Shown: positions 24,617-37,145, counted from the first letter of the whole stretch. The stretch: DNA of 61,437 nt, filler included, from Sphacelaria rigidula (GCA_964200075.2; 10 parts of 10 records of this genome joined end to end with filler, not necessarily neighbours in it); one strand, 5' to 3'. Numbers and translations: made by a program. The notes: generated from the sequence alone by a model not told the origin.

Positions 24617-27600
24617 CGTGCATACAAAACGTAATCGTCTACTTTGAAATTTGGCAATTCCAGCCCCGACGAAGACCCCTCGCGTCTACGCGTACGTTCA
24701 GCTGCAACACGCTCCTGCACTTGAACGCGGAAACGTTCTTGCAAGTCCAAGACTCCTTTCAATGCACTCTCAATTTGAGCATCGTCCAGAACATCACACG
24801 TCCATTCCCCCACCGACGAGGGCGCCAGCACCGAGAAAGACGTCCGAGGGGCACGGCCAAACATCACGTGATATGGCGTACTATCGTACCGATGGCGATA
24901 TGCTATATTTAGCACCCATTGCACAGCGGGCAACACGTCGACCCACTCGGTCACCTCTGGACGCTGCTCGAGAAGATTAGAGCGAAGAGCACAAACTACT
25001 TCCTTTACCATGCGTTTGCACGTACCGTTAGACCACAGAGAATACGCTACCGCAAACCGGTGATCAACCCGCAAAGCCTCGCGTAACCGAGCCAAGATCG
25101 TATTCTTAGAATGCGTGGCGGTATCACTCACCCACACACGGGGCACCCCCAACGTTTTGCATCAATTCAGCAAAGACGTAGCAGTTGATTCAGCAGGACA
25201 CGCGGCTGCTGGTTCCAGAGCCACAAAATTGCTCGTATCATTCACTATGACCAAACTGTATCGGAACCCAGCATCCTCCGACAAACCTTGGGAAGCTAGT
25301 GGGCCACTCTCGCCCACGTGCAAGAAGTCGAAATGAACGACTTCATTCGGCGTGGTCCCATGGACCGTTTCACCGAGCGGGCGGGGAACAACATCGCCCG
25401 CCCTCGAGTCAGCACAGTGAAGACACTGGCGGACAAATTCGCGCACATTAGTTTATATCCCCTGCCAGACACAAAACTCTTGCAAGCGCACGAGCGTCGC
25501 AGCCACACCACAATGCCCGGCGTCGCGCATGTGCGCGCAAATCATGAGACGTACGTGCAACTGCGTGTCAGAACTCGGAATCCACAAAACGTTTCGGCCA
25601 CGCACATGCACACGAAACGGACCTTCATTGTCCAAGATAGCAGTGCCAACGCCCGACTCGAAAGATTGCACATACGCATCTTCAGTCCTGAAGTCTTTTC
25701 GTTGCGCTTGGCGGACAACAGATTTGGACGGCATCGAGTGATCAGGTTCGCACGGACCATACACAGCCACAGCGCGCGCAGGCAAAGTGGGAATATTTAC
25801 CCAGCGCGACCGCAAGTCACCCCACGCGTTACGCTCACTCGAAATATGACAAATCGTGTACCGAACTGTCCTAATACTCCTTTCCACCCCTCCAATCGCT
25901 ATCCCAACGCCTTCGACACAGACGTCACGCATGCCTCCGGGTTGAAAATGTACGCTAGATTTCGGTGATCCGTGAAAATGTGTACGCCATTCCACAATAG
26001 ATGCTCGAGACGACGAAAAATGCTCACGACAGCAAAACCTTCCTTGTCAATAGTTGCCCAACGCATCTGTGAACACTTGAACTACCACTCAGAAAAGCCA
26101 GCGGTTCAGGCGTCATGTCTTCAACCGGCAACCGTTGTTGCATTTTTGCATCATGCACCTGCATTACAAAACTCCCCCAATGACACTCGGATGCATCCGG
26201 AAAACATCAGCACCGGGCAACGGGGGGGGGGTGGGACAGCGCCACGGCGTGAGCCACCAGATCCTTCGCTGCGGCCCATGCCTGCAGCCTGTCCTCCGTC
26301 CACGAGGCGGGTGGAATAACACGATTTTTTGCCACCCGCTTCGTGCGCCTTGCAGCCCCCACCATGAGTTCCTCTAGAAAACCGCGTAAGGGCGCCACTA
26401 CTTCGGCCAAACGTGGCAATGAGGTACGCAACCAGTTCATTGTGTGCAGGAATTGCATTGACTCTGCGGCTGTTTCTGGACGCTGCATGTCAGACAAACA
26501 TTGCAAGCGGACCGGGTCATGCGAGATGCGGCCGCGTGAGTACACTTTCCCACACCACACTAGTTCACTAGCAAAAAAGGTACACTTGTGGGCAGCTGCA
26601 AACAGACCAACACTCTCTAAGCGAGCCAAGATTGCATCAAGCGTATCCAACAGTTCGTCTTCCGTATCCGCGAAGGAAAATATATCATCCACCCAAATCT
26701 TGCATTTCAAACCATCGAAAGGTCTACCATGACACCTTGAAAATAGGAAGTAGCATTCAACACGCCTTGCGGTACTCTTTGCGGGGTAAACATACCAAAC
26801 GGAGTCGTGATTGTGAATATTTCTTGCGCCTCGTTGGCCAACGGCATCTGCCAGTACCCCTGTAGGAGGTCCAACTTACCGAAGCATCGCGCACTCAACA
26901 GGTCTATCGTGTCGGATTCCTGATTGGGCATGACACCCGGCGACTTCTCCACCTGATCATTGACGGCTCCGTAATCGCTGGCAAGACAGAAAGAGTCCTT
27001 CTTCGGCACCGCCATCGCTGGACTGGACCACACCGCCTGCAGATTCCTGAACATCAATCCAAACGCCACAAGAGCTCCCATGCAAGAAGCTAGCCAACTG
27101 GACTGTACCGGATCATACCTCCTCGGTTTTGCCTTCACCGCGGCTGCCCCTGGCTTCAGGGTAACCCTCATGGGTTCCACGCGCGCAGGGGGATCACCCC
27201 TCAGCGCACGACGGAACGCGTTGACGTGGCGATACAATATACCACGCAAGCGCTTTTGATACGTCAAGGCCATTTCCACAGCATCCGTGCTTTCCTCAAG
27301 CGCAGCCTTTCGCGCGGACTCTTCTTCCGCCGGCTCCATAAACATACCGGGGCCACGCTCCACCAAGCGTTCCGCCGCCTCATCACGCTCCTCGGATACC
27401 TGCCCCCCCGCCTCCTGGAGCATCAGCCGACAAGCTCACTCTGCGACTGGCCAAAAAAGCAGGCGTCTCGACACCCGAACCGGGCGACGGCATTTGCGTT
27501 TTCAGGGACTCCAACAACCGATCATACGGATCGACTCCGAGTCCCCGAAGCGTGAGTAGGCCCAACAGAACGACACCATCCGTCCCCGGCATGATCGCAA

Positions 27601-28268
27601 ACGATATTGGGGGGAATTTCGCTGGTCCCCAGGTAGTCGGGAACGCCAACTGTAGGGGAATCGTACGCTCCGTCACATTTATACGCTGCCCCGATGCGGT
27701 GATGGTCTGCCGCGCCCCAAGCGAGAACGGAATCCGGATTGGCTCACCGGGGAGTAGACGCTCCAGCATCTCCACAATTAGCTCCGACACGCTCGTGAAG
27801 TGGGCGCCTGAATCCAACACCGCTTTGACTGATATAGCTCCCCGCGCCCGTTGATCGGGGAGATATAACTCGGCAGGGACATAATTGTCTTGGTCCTCGA
27901 CAGGCACCTGCTCCGTCGACTGATACGTCGTAATCCTCACTTGGCGCCACGGCTGCGCGCGCGGCGCAGGTAGAGACGCCCCCGCTGGCGTCACCGGCAC
28001 CGCCGGCGGGTACGAAGCCCCGCCCGCAGAACCAAATTGCAGCGGTACCCCGGCCGACGCAGCAGCGGATCCAAATTTCAGCTGAAAACCGGCCGGCTCC
28101 GCAGCCGGCTTCTCGCCTTACTCTGCTGCCGGCGGCGCCGGCACCGAGCCCGACACTATAGAAGTCGGGCCCACCGATACCGCCCGTTGTGGGGCAGCAG
28201 CTCCTGCGGCTGAGCCGGACCCAGAACCTGACCCCTGCGGACGCCGCTGCCCCTGCGGACGCCGCCGC

Positions 28269-28304
<36 letters not shown>

Positions 28305-29773
28305 GAACTCGACTGTGTACCTCCACCGCTGGATGATCCGCCGCCGCCGCCGCCACGACTACCCCGTATTTTGCGCTTGTGCTGAGGATGCTGATGGCGC
28401 GCGTCACTCGTCTGCCCAGACCCCCCCTCAGAAGACGTTGGGCACTTCCGGGCGATGTGACCTACCTGGCCACACTGATAGCAAGTATTATTGGAGGCGG
28501 CACTGCCTGCGGAGTTTGATCCGCGGTCACGCGAGCTCGAAGACTGCGGCGACGAAGTGGATGATTTTCCGAATACTTCGACCCGCCGCCATCCCTGAGC
28601 TTCAGCCAATCACGGTATCCATGACTAAATACAGGTCCGACTTCCAATTTGTTTCGTGCTGTAACTGTACAAGCACGGCCTGCTTAAATGCCGCCGGTGG
28701 CAGACCCTCTACCATCGCTTTGGTGACCACCGCAGCGGGCCCTCGGCGGAATTTTCCAACGGACGAACGATAAATCATCTCTACGTTGGGATTTTCCGAA
28801 AAATACGTTTCCAACTTACCCATTGTGGGCTCCACCCTCTCACGCATGGTCCTCCTCTGGTGGTTCATTGCGACAGCCTTTGCCACGGCCGCGGACGCCC
28901 GAGTAAGCTCTACCTACGCTCCTGGCGCATGCCCTGCGTGCTTCTTTATCGCTGCGGCCAACTGCAGCGGCGTTATGGTATGCTTTTCGTGGAACCTTCT
29001 CGCGAAGGCGCGTTGCAACGGGGTAGGCACTAGTTGTGCCATAGAAACCACCTGATGCCTCACCGCACCCCCTGCATTTGCATGCTCCACCCTCCTTTTG
29101 TATTCCATGTATTTTGTGTAAAACGATTGAGAGGCACCCTCAGAATACAAACTCCCGTAACTGAGAGGCCGCAACTCTTCCATTAGAACGACTGGGGTTA
29201 CGGTCGTTTCCACTGGCTCTATTACCGGTACCTCAGTAGTCGACATTCTCGAGCGGAAAATCGAAGATTTGTAAAACCTTCTCGAAATTCAGTTTACACC
29301 TGCTCTCTTCACCTTTCCACACAGCCCTGGGATCCTATAAACACCCGCTGTACGCAGCTCCGACAATTCTCCAGTCTGGATCAATCACGGGCCAGCCGCC
29401 TTTATACCTCAGCTTGAAGCCTCCTCACGCGTCCGTGAAGCTCTCTGCCTGAAGCTAATCACAAGCTGCTTCGAGACCTCTCCCTGCTGAAAAATGTTCA
29501 GCAGTCTCAAACAACAGCACCAACTAGCACGCCTAGCACTAGCACTAATATTGATATTGTGACGCTAGCAGGTTGCTACTACTGCAGCGTCTAAATGCTG
29601 TCGAGGGACTCCCCAGTTCCACTGGACTCAAAGGTCTTAGTTGTCAGCCTTCACAACACCTTATCATTACCGGAGTGAACATCTGCAACCCCGTACCATC
29701 AGGCCTGGGCTACACCGCAAAGGTCATCACCCACAGGATGCCCTTGTCCCCTGGTCATCATCCAGGATCCACT
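24617..29773 (-). mobile_element. Ty3/gypsy LTR retrotransposon, 5' LTR to integrase, decayed by stops and frameshifts and truncated by the contig end
   Basis: Gag from ATG 29246 with zinc knuckle CYQCGQVGHIARKC. Protease AVLDSGAHFTSV. RT LDLLQGYWQ, PQGVLNATSYFQ, WVDD. RNase H remnant. Integrase with H-H (AHMRDAGH), CLHC, VHFDF, VSDTATH and SNGTCKR. The domain order PR-RT-RH-IN is gypsy. Confidence 0.95.
29270..29773 (-). repeat. Predicted 5' LTR (about 500 bp) of the gypsy element
   Basis: Its 5' end matches window bases 1-33. It ends GGTTTTACA at 29270 and has TATAAA at 29406-29401. The gag ATG lies 23 nt beyond its end. Confidence 0.65.
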
Positions 29774-32555
29774 ATATACTTGACCGTGACGGGGTGATTT
29801 CGTCACAGATCGCGATGTGGGTAGCCCATGTGGATCACGCGTACTTGTCCCAGTGGAATTGATGACGATTCAGCAGGTGACCTACCCTTGCCGTCAAAAA
29901 AGGGTCGACCAGCCTCGTTCCGCGAGTATTTTCGTCAGGTGCACAGTACTCCGTACTATAGTGCTGAACGCTTTTACTATCTCTATATGCGTGACGACCA
30001 GTGCCGTATCCGTTGCGTGAACCAACCACCGATGATGCGACAACAGCCCGTTGGTGGTAGAAGAGCCTAGCTTGACCCTGACACCCCGAGATCGCAACAG
30101 TACAACAGTGTTCCACAACCCACCGGGATCACACAAGACCGACGCGCTGTGAGTTGTGCGTCCAGTTATTGTGTCGATGCGGAGAGACTCGGGAACCATT
30201 TCCGGCGAGAAAGGGGCGTGGTCATTGTAGCGTCCGTGAACGGTAAATGAGTGGGAAAAGAGCCAACTGTGTGTGGGCGCCAGGGTTGGAGTTGGCGCGT
30301 AGACTCCCTTGCGCGTGATGTGCCGCATCAGGTACAGTGTAGAGAGCTATGGCCTAGCACAGGTACAATCTCGGCCGATCGGTGGCCCAGATAAGGTACG
30401 ATTGAAAAAGAATTCCTACATCAGGTATCCCTGGGCGAAATTTTGCCTACAAAAGGTAAGCGGTTTCTGGAGGCGAGACGTGCGTATTTGCGTGACCATA
30501 TCTCTTGAGAAACATGGTTTTTCCCCGTTTTTGTTCGAGGCCCGGGTGCCAATGCCCCCCCCCCCCGCAAATGATGTGCGTGAAACACTCGGAGCGAAAA
30601 CGGTCAAAATGGCGTGTTTGGCTGTTTTCGCGTTTTTGGCCATTTTTCGTACCCTTCTTAGGCAAAAAACNNNNNNNNNNNNNNNNNNNNNNNNNNNNNN
30701 NNNNNNNNNNNNNNTTAATTAATTAANNNNNNNNNNNNNNNNNNNNNNNNNNNNNNNNNNNNNNNNNNNNTGCGAGGTCAATGGTCATATGACTATGACA
30801 TGCATGATCATGAGTACACCCCCCGGCCCCCCGTCGTAGTATGACTCTGCTATGGGAAACAGAATGAGTATGGGTCGGAGACGACAGGGACAATGTTGTA
30901 TGCCCACGTACATCACAGGTGCGAGCACGATTGGCTTCTTGGGTACAGGCAAATCAACTGTCACACGCATGTGAGTAAGTCACGTTCTCCGACGGGCTGA
31001 ATACACAGCCGAGCAGTTGGCAATAGTTTGCAGAATACACGGCCGATGACGTTTCTGCAGTCTCAGAGGATGTCCCTCTGGGCGAGTGGCGTTGCCTCCT
31101 TTCCCGGGAATCACCGATTCAAGCAATATGCGTCAAAGATTGGAAGAACGTCAACCATGTTGGCAAATGGCATGATGAGTCGAGTACAAGGCGCAGATCA
31201 CTTTGAAAAAACCGTTCAATACGCAAGGAGTCAGATTTTAGAGGCAATGCAACTCGAAGGGAAGGGGGGACGGGGGGGGGGAGCGGCCACGGTAATGTTT
31301 CGAGTTCTCGTATATCAAGGGTACATCATGCATGACTTAGGGTCATTATTGACCCTCTCGGAACCAGAGTCCCACAAGAGGCGACTCCCTGGTTTGCAGA
31401 CAGGGGCCAACTGTGAATCGGCATCATTTTCAGTCGCATTCTAGTGAAAAAAGATGCCGAGTCACAAAAGTCCGTCACCTTCTGTCAGTCCACTCCGGTC
31501 TCGAAAGGGTTATCGGGGGCTATTCTTTGTATACCTTCCGTTGTTTTCGGGAAACCTTCGTCCCTCAAAAACATCGCCCCCGAAACATGTGACAACAGGC
31601 TTCTCAATAAGGTCAAGAAGTACACCAGTAGCTTATGGCTGACTGAACATTTCTCGGAAAATCTAACGCTGTTTTTTGTTTTTCAGCAATTTGTTTTCAA
31701 GAAGTCGGAAAATTTCCCGAAAAAGTCGACAAAGTCTGGGGGAAAAAAGTCCCGTTGATGACGATCCTTATTCGAAGGCGGCACAAATTTAAATGGCACA
31801 AGCGAAGGCAGGGGCAAATCGACCCCGAATCCATCGGCGCCTCTCTGAATAGACTTGACTAGCGACCCCTGGAGCGAAGCGCGAGGACACAGGAATGTGT
31901 CAGACCTTACAATCATCTACCCACCCGCCCTTGTCAAGTAGATGAACAATGTCACCCTAGCTGCTCAAGGTAGAGGCGTGATAACATCCCCAGGGTCAAA
32001 CACTCTCTTAGTATGCTTGCTAGTCGATGTATTTTCAGGGATGGTGTTATCTAATAATATGCACGGGGGTAGATAACAGCCTTGTGGTCAACGAAGAATG
32101 CAATATTGTACACCCGCAACTTACTTAATAGTCTCGTTTCTGGAGGTTCAGGCACCGAACAAGGGAACATCTGAAGACGTATCAGACGCGTGAATCCCAA
32201 CGTGTGAAGTATCCTCTACTGTGCTTGTTGGGAATCCCTAGACCGGCGACCGAGTGACAAGCATGGGGTTTGTGCGAGAGACTCGGCATCCCCGACCGCA
32301 AGACATGCCTTCACTAGAAGTCATAACTCAAATCTACAGCTCTTCAAGCTCCTAATTACGTGTATATCGTATCATTCAACGCTTGTAAATCCACGTCATC
32401 CAACAGGATAGCGACCAGCGGCGTACTTGTTTTCCAAACGTTGGTGGTTGATCCAGATGTCGCTCAAATGTTCGCCCAAGATAAATATTGCTCGTACCCG
32501 TTGATCATACCAGAAACAATTCAGCATCTGCACCCCTTATCACATAACACCGTTC

Positions 32556-32979
32556 AACAGCCTGGATCCGTTTTTGAGGTTCAACATTTGGGTGAGGTTC
32601 AACTCGAATACAGTGTTTTCCCTGGTCTAAAGTCATGATCAATGAATTTCATGCGGACGACCTCATACCCCCCGATCTCCTTAAAACTATTTTTGGGAGT
32701 TGCCCGTCTTCCGTGCCCCCATAGCGTATGTGCGAAAGCACCTTTTTGCCTCGGTATCGGGGCGAAAAGGGGGACGTTCTTAGCCCGAAATTGGTGCTTT
32801 CGCATATACGCTTTGGGGGCACGGAAGATGGGCAACCCCCGAACATAGTTTTGAGGAGGTCGACGGGCATGAGGTCGTCCACATGAAATTCATTGGTCAT
32901 TACTTTAGGTTAGGGAAAGCACTGTTTCCGAGTTGGACCTCGCCTAAATGTTGAACCTCAAAAACGGATCCAGGCTGTT
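32556..32979. mobile_element. Foldback/MITE element, near full-length imperfect palindrome of about 424 bp, on the 3' side of the kinase exons (probably intronic)
   Basis: AACAGCCTGGATCCGTTTTTGAGGTTCAACATTT at the left end is the exact reverse complement of the right end, and pairing continues about 185 bp inward. Confidence 0.9.
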
Positions 32980-33120
32980 CTTACCCTCCCACCGCTCTCC
33001 CCCACCTCAACTGAATCGTCCCTCCTGGGTAGCTCTATCGTGGGTGATGCATACCGTAAACGTTGTTTGTGGATGAGGTCGGTGGTAAGTATCTGTTTTT
33101 TTTCGTTCTAACTCACGTAC

Positions 33121-33231
33121 CTTCTCGTTGTCGAGTTTTGACAGATTATGCGAAAAACACCGCAGCAGCTCCCTCTTGCTTTGGATCTTCATCGCGTAGT
33201 GAATCCCTGTGCTGGTCTTCACCACGTGCAC
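33121..33231 (-). CDS. Same kinase, next exon with subdomains II-III
   Basis: CAG acceptor and GTACGT donor, 111 nt, phase 0-0. Encodes VHVVKTSTGIHYAMKIQSKRELLRCFSHNLSKLDNEK (YAMK lysine and alphaC Glu). Confidence 0.88.
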
Positions 33232-34614
33232 CTGCACACCACGCACAAACGCAGTAGAAAGCACGGACGGGGCGTTATGTTGTTTTGGGGGCGAAAACCT
33301 GGTCGTTTTGTTCCAGCCTAACGCAGGGAAGCGCGGATGTGTTTCGCAGGATAAGAGGCTCAACACGTGCACAGTGGACGTTGGCATATTCGTATGTTTC
33401 ATAGTCTACTTAGGGCCCTTATTAACGGCATTTTGTTTTTCAGGTTTCTCCGACGCTTTCCGGAAAAATTCCGACTTTTCATGGAACAAAAAAAAATGCT
33501 GAAAAAACATCCAATGCCAAACTTTCCGAGTAAAATATAGTCAGTCTTGAATTGTTTACATTCCTTTACCTGGTTGAGAGATCTACTGCCACACTTTTCG
33601 GGGAGAGAGTTTGTTGTTTTTATTTCATTTTATTTTATTTTTCAAACAAAATCGGGAAAAGTGCGGGAAAAAAAACGGCTCCGTAAATATCGAACCTTAC
33701 ACGAAACTCCGCGGTCACTTATGTTGTGTTTGGACCAACGGGTCCGAGAGTGTTCTTCGAGTGGTGATTTCACACGGATCATGATCTGTCCGACGTGTGG
33801 TTGGTTGGTTGTCGCACATTAAGTGATCTGCTACGAATCCAGTCGCACTCCAAAAGATAGACATATCCCGAGATAGACATACAAACGGAAATACCCGCCG
33901 TGGGAAGACCCAGATCCTATATCCAAGGAGGTCGACGATCATTCTCACATACATCGCCTTCTCGGAAGATCGATATCTATTTCATGAACAACGACGAGGC
34001 AAAAATTTCATTTTGGCGTCAGGATGATGATACAGCAGTCGCATGAGGCATGCGCTTTTCTCCCGGAGCTTTTTTCCGGTCGCATGCACGAAAGAAAGCA
34101 CTAGCGTGCCCAGACTCCAGTGGACGTCATGCTCTTTTCGGTATCATAATAAGGTGTACAGGCCAGCGTGTTTGCGCGGAGTGCCTTGACCCTATGGCCG
34201 ACCACGGATGGGAAACTAATCACGTGCGGCATCCACAATAGTCAGTTGGAACACGAATCCAGTTCCACAAGTTGATTGAGTGATCACAATGGTTGATTTG
34301 AATCATATTATTGACTGATGCCTCTAACGTCAACGTTATCCCGAGGGATTCAGCAATGGTCGTTATCCACAAGATTTCGTAGACGCCCTTAAGGCGTCAA
34401 CCCGTGTCGAAACATCATCGTAGACGAGACCCCCAACTCGTTCGGCTCGTCCGTATCAAGCGAACATGATACAATCTCCAACGTGTGGAGTACTATCTGG
34501 GCGTTTCAGGAGTTCACGTGCGTAACACGCCACACCCCTCTGCTTTGGAGTCGAGCCGGGCACAAGTGAAACCGGCGACAGAAATCCTGGATCGAACACT
34601 CCTCGCTTTCGTTG

Positions 34615-35140
34615 TGCTCCGCTGCGCCTCAGTGGTCTGATGGTCCGACTGTCACCATTAGGGTGAAAAGATAACTTGGGTTCGATTCCCGGTGCGTTGG
34701 GTTTTTTATTTGAAGTGTCTGATTTCCACCGTCGAAAGCGTGGGCAGGTGAGTGAACAAAAAAGTAAATGAGTGCAAGGGCAGGTCGAGTAGAGTATACT
34801 CAAATGCGGGGTATCTTAAAAGACGTACTTGGGGGTACTCAAGTTAGGGTAGAGTGTTGGGAGTCGTACCCAAAAAATAGCTGGGATGCGATTCCTGAAA
34901 CCCTGCCACCAAGTGTGTACCTTACGTCCGACTTTCAAAATACCCCGCAATTAAGCATACTCTACTCGATCTACCCTTGGATGTCTGAGTTTGCTTGGCG
35001 AGAGTTGACGCGGTGCGGGAGTGCTGACCCCAATCCGCGAGACCAAAATGCAATGCGTGTACCAGGGGGAGATGGGTTGATCCCCTGAGACCACGGAATC
35101 GTCCCGAGGAGGGGGGGGGGGGGTTTAAAGTGCGACAAAT
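34615..35140 (+). mobile_element. SINE family A copy interrupted by a MITE
   Basis: Box A-like TGGTCTGATGG and box B GGTTCGATTCC (34679-34689). The family A body resumes after 34980. Confidence 0.8.
34775..34979. mobile_element. MITE (possibly hAT-type) inserted in SINE A
   Basis: TIRs CAAGGG.AG.TCGAGTAGAGTAT...TGCGGGGTAT and ATACCCCGCA...ATACTCTACTCGA.CT.CCCTTG. Flanks AATGAGTG and GATGTCTG only weakly resemble an 8-bp TSD. Confidence 0.75.
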
Positions 35141-35167
35141 GAAATATGGTGAAATGTTAACGCCTGC

Positions 35168-35760
35168 CCTGGAGTCGAGCCGGGCTCGCGCGAACCCGGT
35201 GACAAAAATCCATGATCGAAGCTACTTTGTTTTCGTCGTACTCTAGTCGGTCGCCCCGCAGGGGCTCAGTGGGCAACCTCGAAACCTTCTGACGGTTGGG
35301 TCGTGGGTTCGAATCCCGGAGCGACCTGGAGTCGAGCCGGGCTCGCGCGAACCCGGTGACAAAAATCCATGATCGAAGCTACTTTGTTTTCGTCGTACTC
35401 TAGTCGGTCGCCCCGCGGTGGCTCAGTGGGTAACCTCGAAACCTTCTGACGGTTGGGTCGTGGGTTCGAATCCCGGAGCAACCTGGGACTTTTTTCACAC
35501 AATGCCCAACAGTGGGAAGCGACTATGCCGTGGGTACACAAAATTCGACTTCATGGTCGACGAGGGAAAGGGATTGCTGAACCCCTCTCGCGATTAAAAA
35601 TAAAGGCAAGCACCGCAGAAGGAATTTGGAGAACTAAAACAAGGCAAAAAAAAAAGAAACTCCTGTGTTGCCCATCCTCCTGTGTGACCCCCGCTCGTGC
35701 GCCCACATATACCGAAAGGTGCAGACCCGCGTCCAGAAAAGATGGGACGACAACACTCAC
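35168..35760 (+). mobile_element. SINE family B with a tandemly duplicated 157-bp 5' unit
   Basis: Box A TGGCTCAGTGG and box B GGTTCGAATCC. Units 35168-35324 and 35325-35481 are near-identical. Confidence 0.85.
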
Positions 35761-35975
35761 TCTAGCGCCAACGCCAATACCAACCCCGACCCAAGTCATA
35801 CCGTGAACCCTCGATGAAGGTGTGTGCATACAGTGTCGTAGGCCAAGAGTGCGTTGGCAGAGCTGGGGCTGCAGCACCGATTTGAGCTAAAACGCGGACT
35901 GCATGCACAGGATGGGCGAGCGCTCGAGACTGTGAACCCTGCACATACATCCTGGACAATACATATATATATGGT

Positions 35976-36110
35976 CAATAGTTGCAACATACAAAAAAAA
36001 ACGTACTGCGTAAAGTATAGGTCTATCGCAAACTATTGTCGGCCAAACAACAATAGTTGCAATAGACCTATACTTCGCGCAGTATGTTTTGTTGTCTATT
36101 GCAACTATTA
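35976..36110. repeat. Small foldback/MITE
   Basis: AATAGTTGCAA...ACTGCG..AAGTATAGGTCTAT versus ATAGACCTATACTT..CGCAGT...TTGCAACTATT. Confidence 0.8.
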
Positions 36111-36265
36111 TTATATTCACCGTATATATATATATATATTGCCTAGGGTATGGAATCCTGTGAAGATCCGGATACGATCGTGCTGTGCAGTAATACCAAG
36201 TATTTTTCAACCACGTACTTTGGTCGCCGAGTTCGCGTGAAAATTACACCGTTGGAGTCTCTCAC

Positions 36266-36368
36266 CACTTTGCCGAACGCCCCTTCCCCGAGCTTTTCCA
36301 TGTACTCGAAATCATCCACGTCCACCCGATTGTACAGCTCCGCCGCATTTTCGAGGTAGGCACGATAT
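36266..36368 (-). CDS. Ser/Thr protein kinase (AGC-like) exon with subdomain I
   Basis: CAG acceptor and GTGAG donor. Encodes YRAYLENAAELYNRVDVDDFEYMEKLGEGAFGKV (GxGxFGxV) and ends in phase 0. Confidence 0.88.
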
Positions 36369-36924
36369 CTGCTCCGAGAGAGGGTGGTGTGCAAAACCGT
36401 ATGAATTCCCCCCCTTTTGTTTCGTCTCCTCCTAGAGATTCCAGTCGTACCACGCTTAGAAATTGCCATGAGTTGGAGTTAGAAGTTTTCCACGCTTCTC
36501 TTTCGTCGACGCGTGAAGAATACATTTAGTAAATATATAAAGAATATTTCGAACTCACGAGCGTGAAGCATTCTTTGCGACGAGGCGTCTACGAGATTTA
36601 TTGCTGATTTTAGTGTGCAAGTTCCTCCGCACCCGCCCCGGGAGATGACTGTTCGGGACGATGCCAATGATAGGGGCCCCGTTAGCGGATTCGTGCTTTA
36701 CTTTGTGAGGCGGTACACATGCGTTCGCGACCGTTCGAACGGACGCGCGATCGCGGTGGTCCTACAATATTTCCGGCGGGCATGAACATTTCGAGAGAGG
36801 ATCCATTCTCACGAGGGCTTGGCANNNNNNNNNNNNNNNNNNNNNNNNNNNNNNNNNNNNNNNNNNNNTTAATTAATTAANNNNNNNNNNNNNNNNNNNN
36901 NNNNNNNNNNNNNNNNNNNNNNNN

Positions 36925-37145
36925 AGGGAGAAAACGGTGGCTATACTAGGAGATGGATGGTGGCCAGAGACGGCGAAACAGGATGGGGATGAGATATGTA
37001 AAATGCTTTTTTGTAATGTATGGAAGAAACGTGATGAGCTGCAGAAGAAACGTGATGAGCGCCGGCGTGTTGGAGGTGTCTCTATCAGGAGTACGAACGG
37101 TACTTCGTCTCGAAAGGAATGCGTGGTCAATGGTCACAGAGGGAT
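36925..37145 (+). mobile_element. Probable 3' end of a LINE ORF2
   Basis: Peptide AILGDGWWPETAKQDGD...FCNVWKKRDE...VGGVSIRSTNG...KECVVNG resembles C-terminal tails of brown algal repeat-derived ORFs (recalled, not searched). It includes a small AAGAAACGTGATGAGC duplication. Confidence 0.5.

Noticed and set aside
35403..35481. tRNA gene (box A/box B, cloverleaf-like)
   Set aside because: It runs directly into a shared SINE body found in several diverged copies and lacks a clean acceptor stem and terminator, so it is a SINE head.
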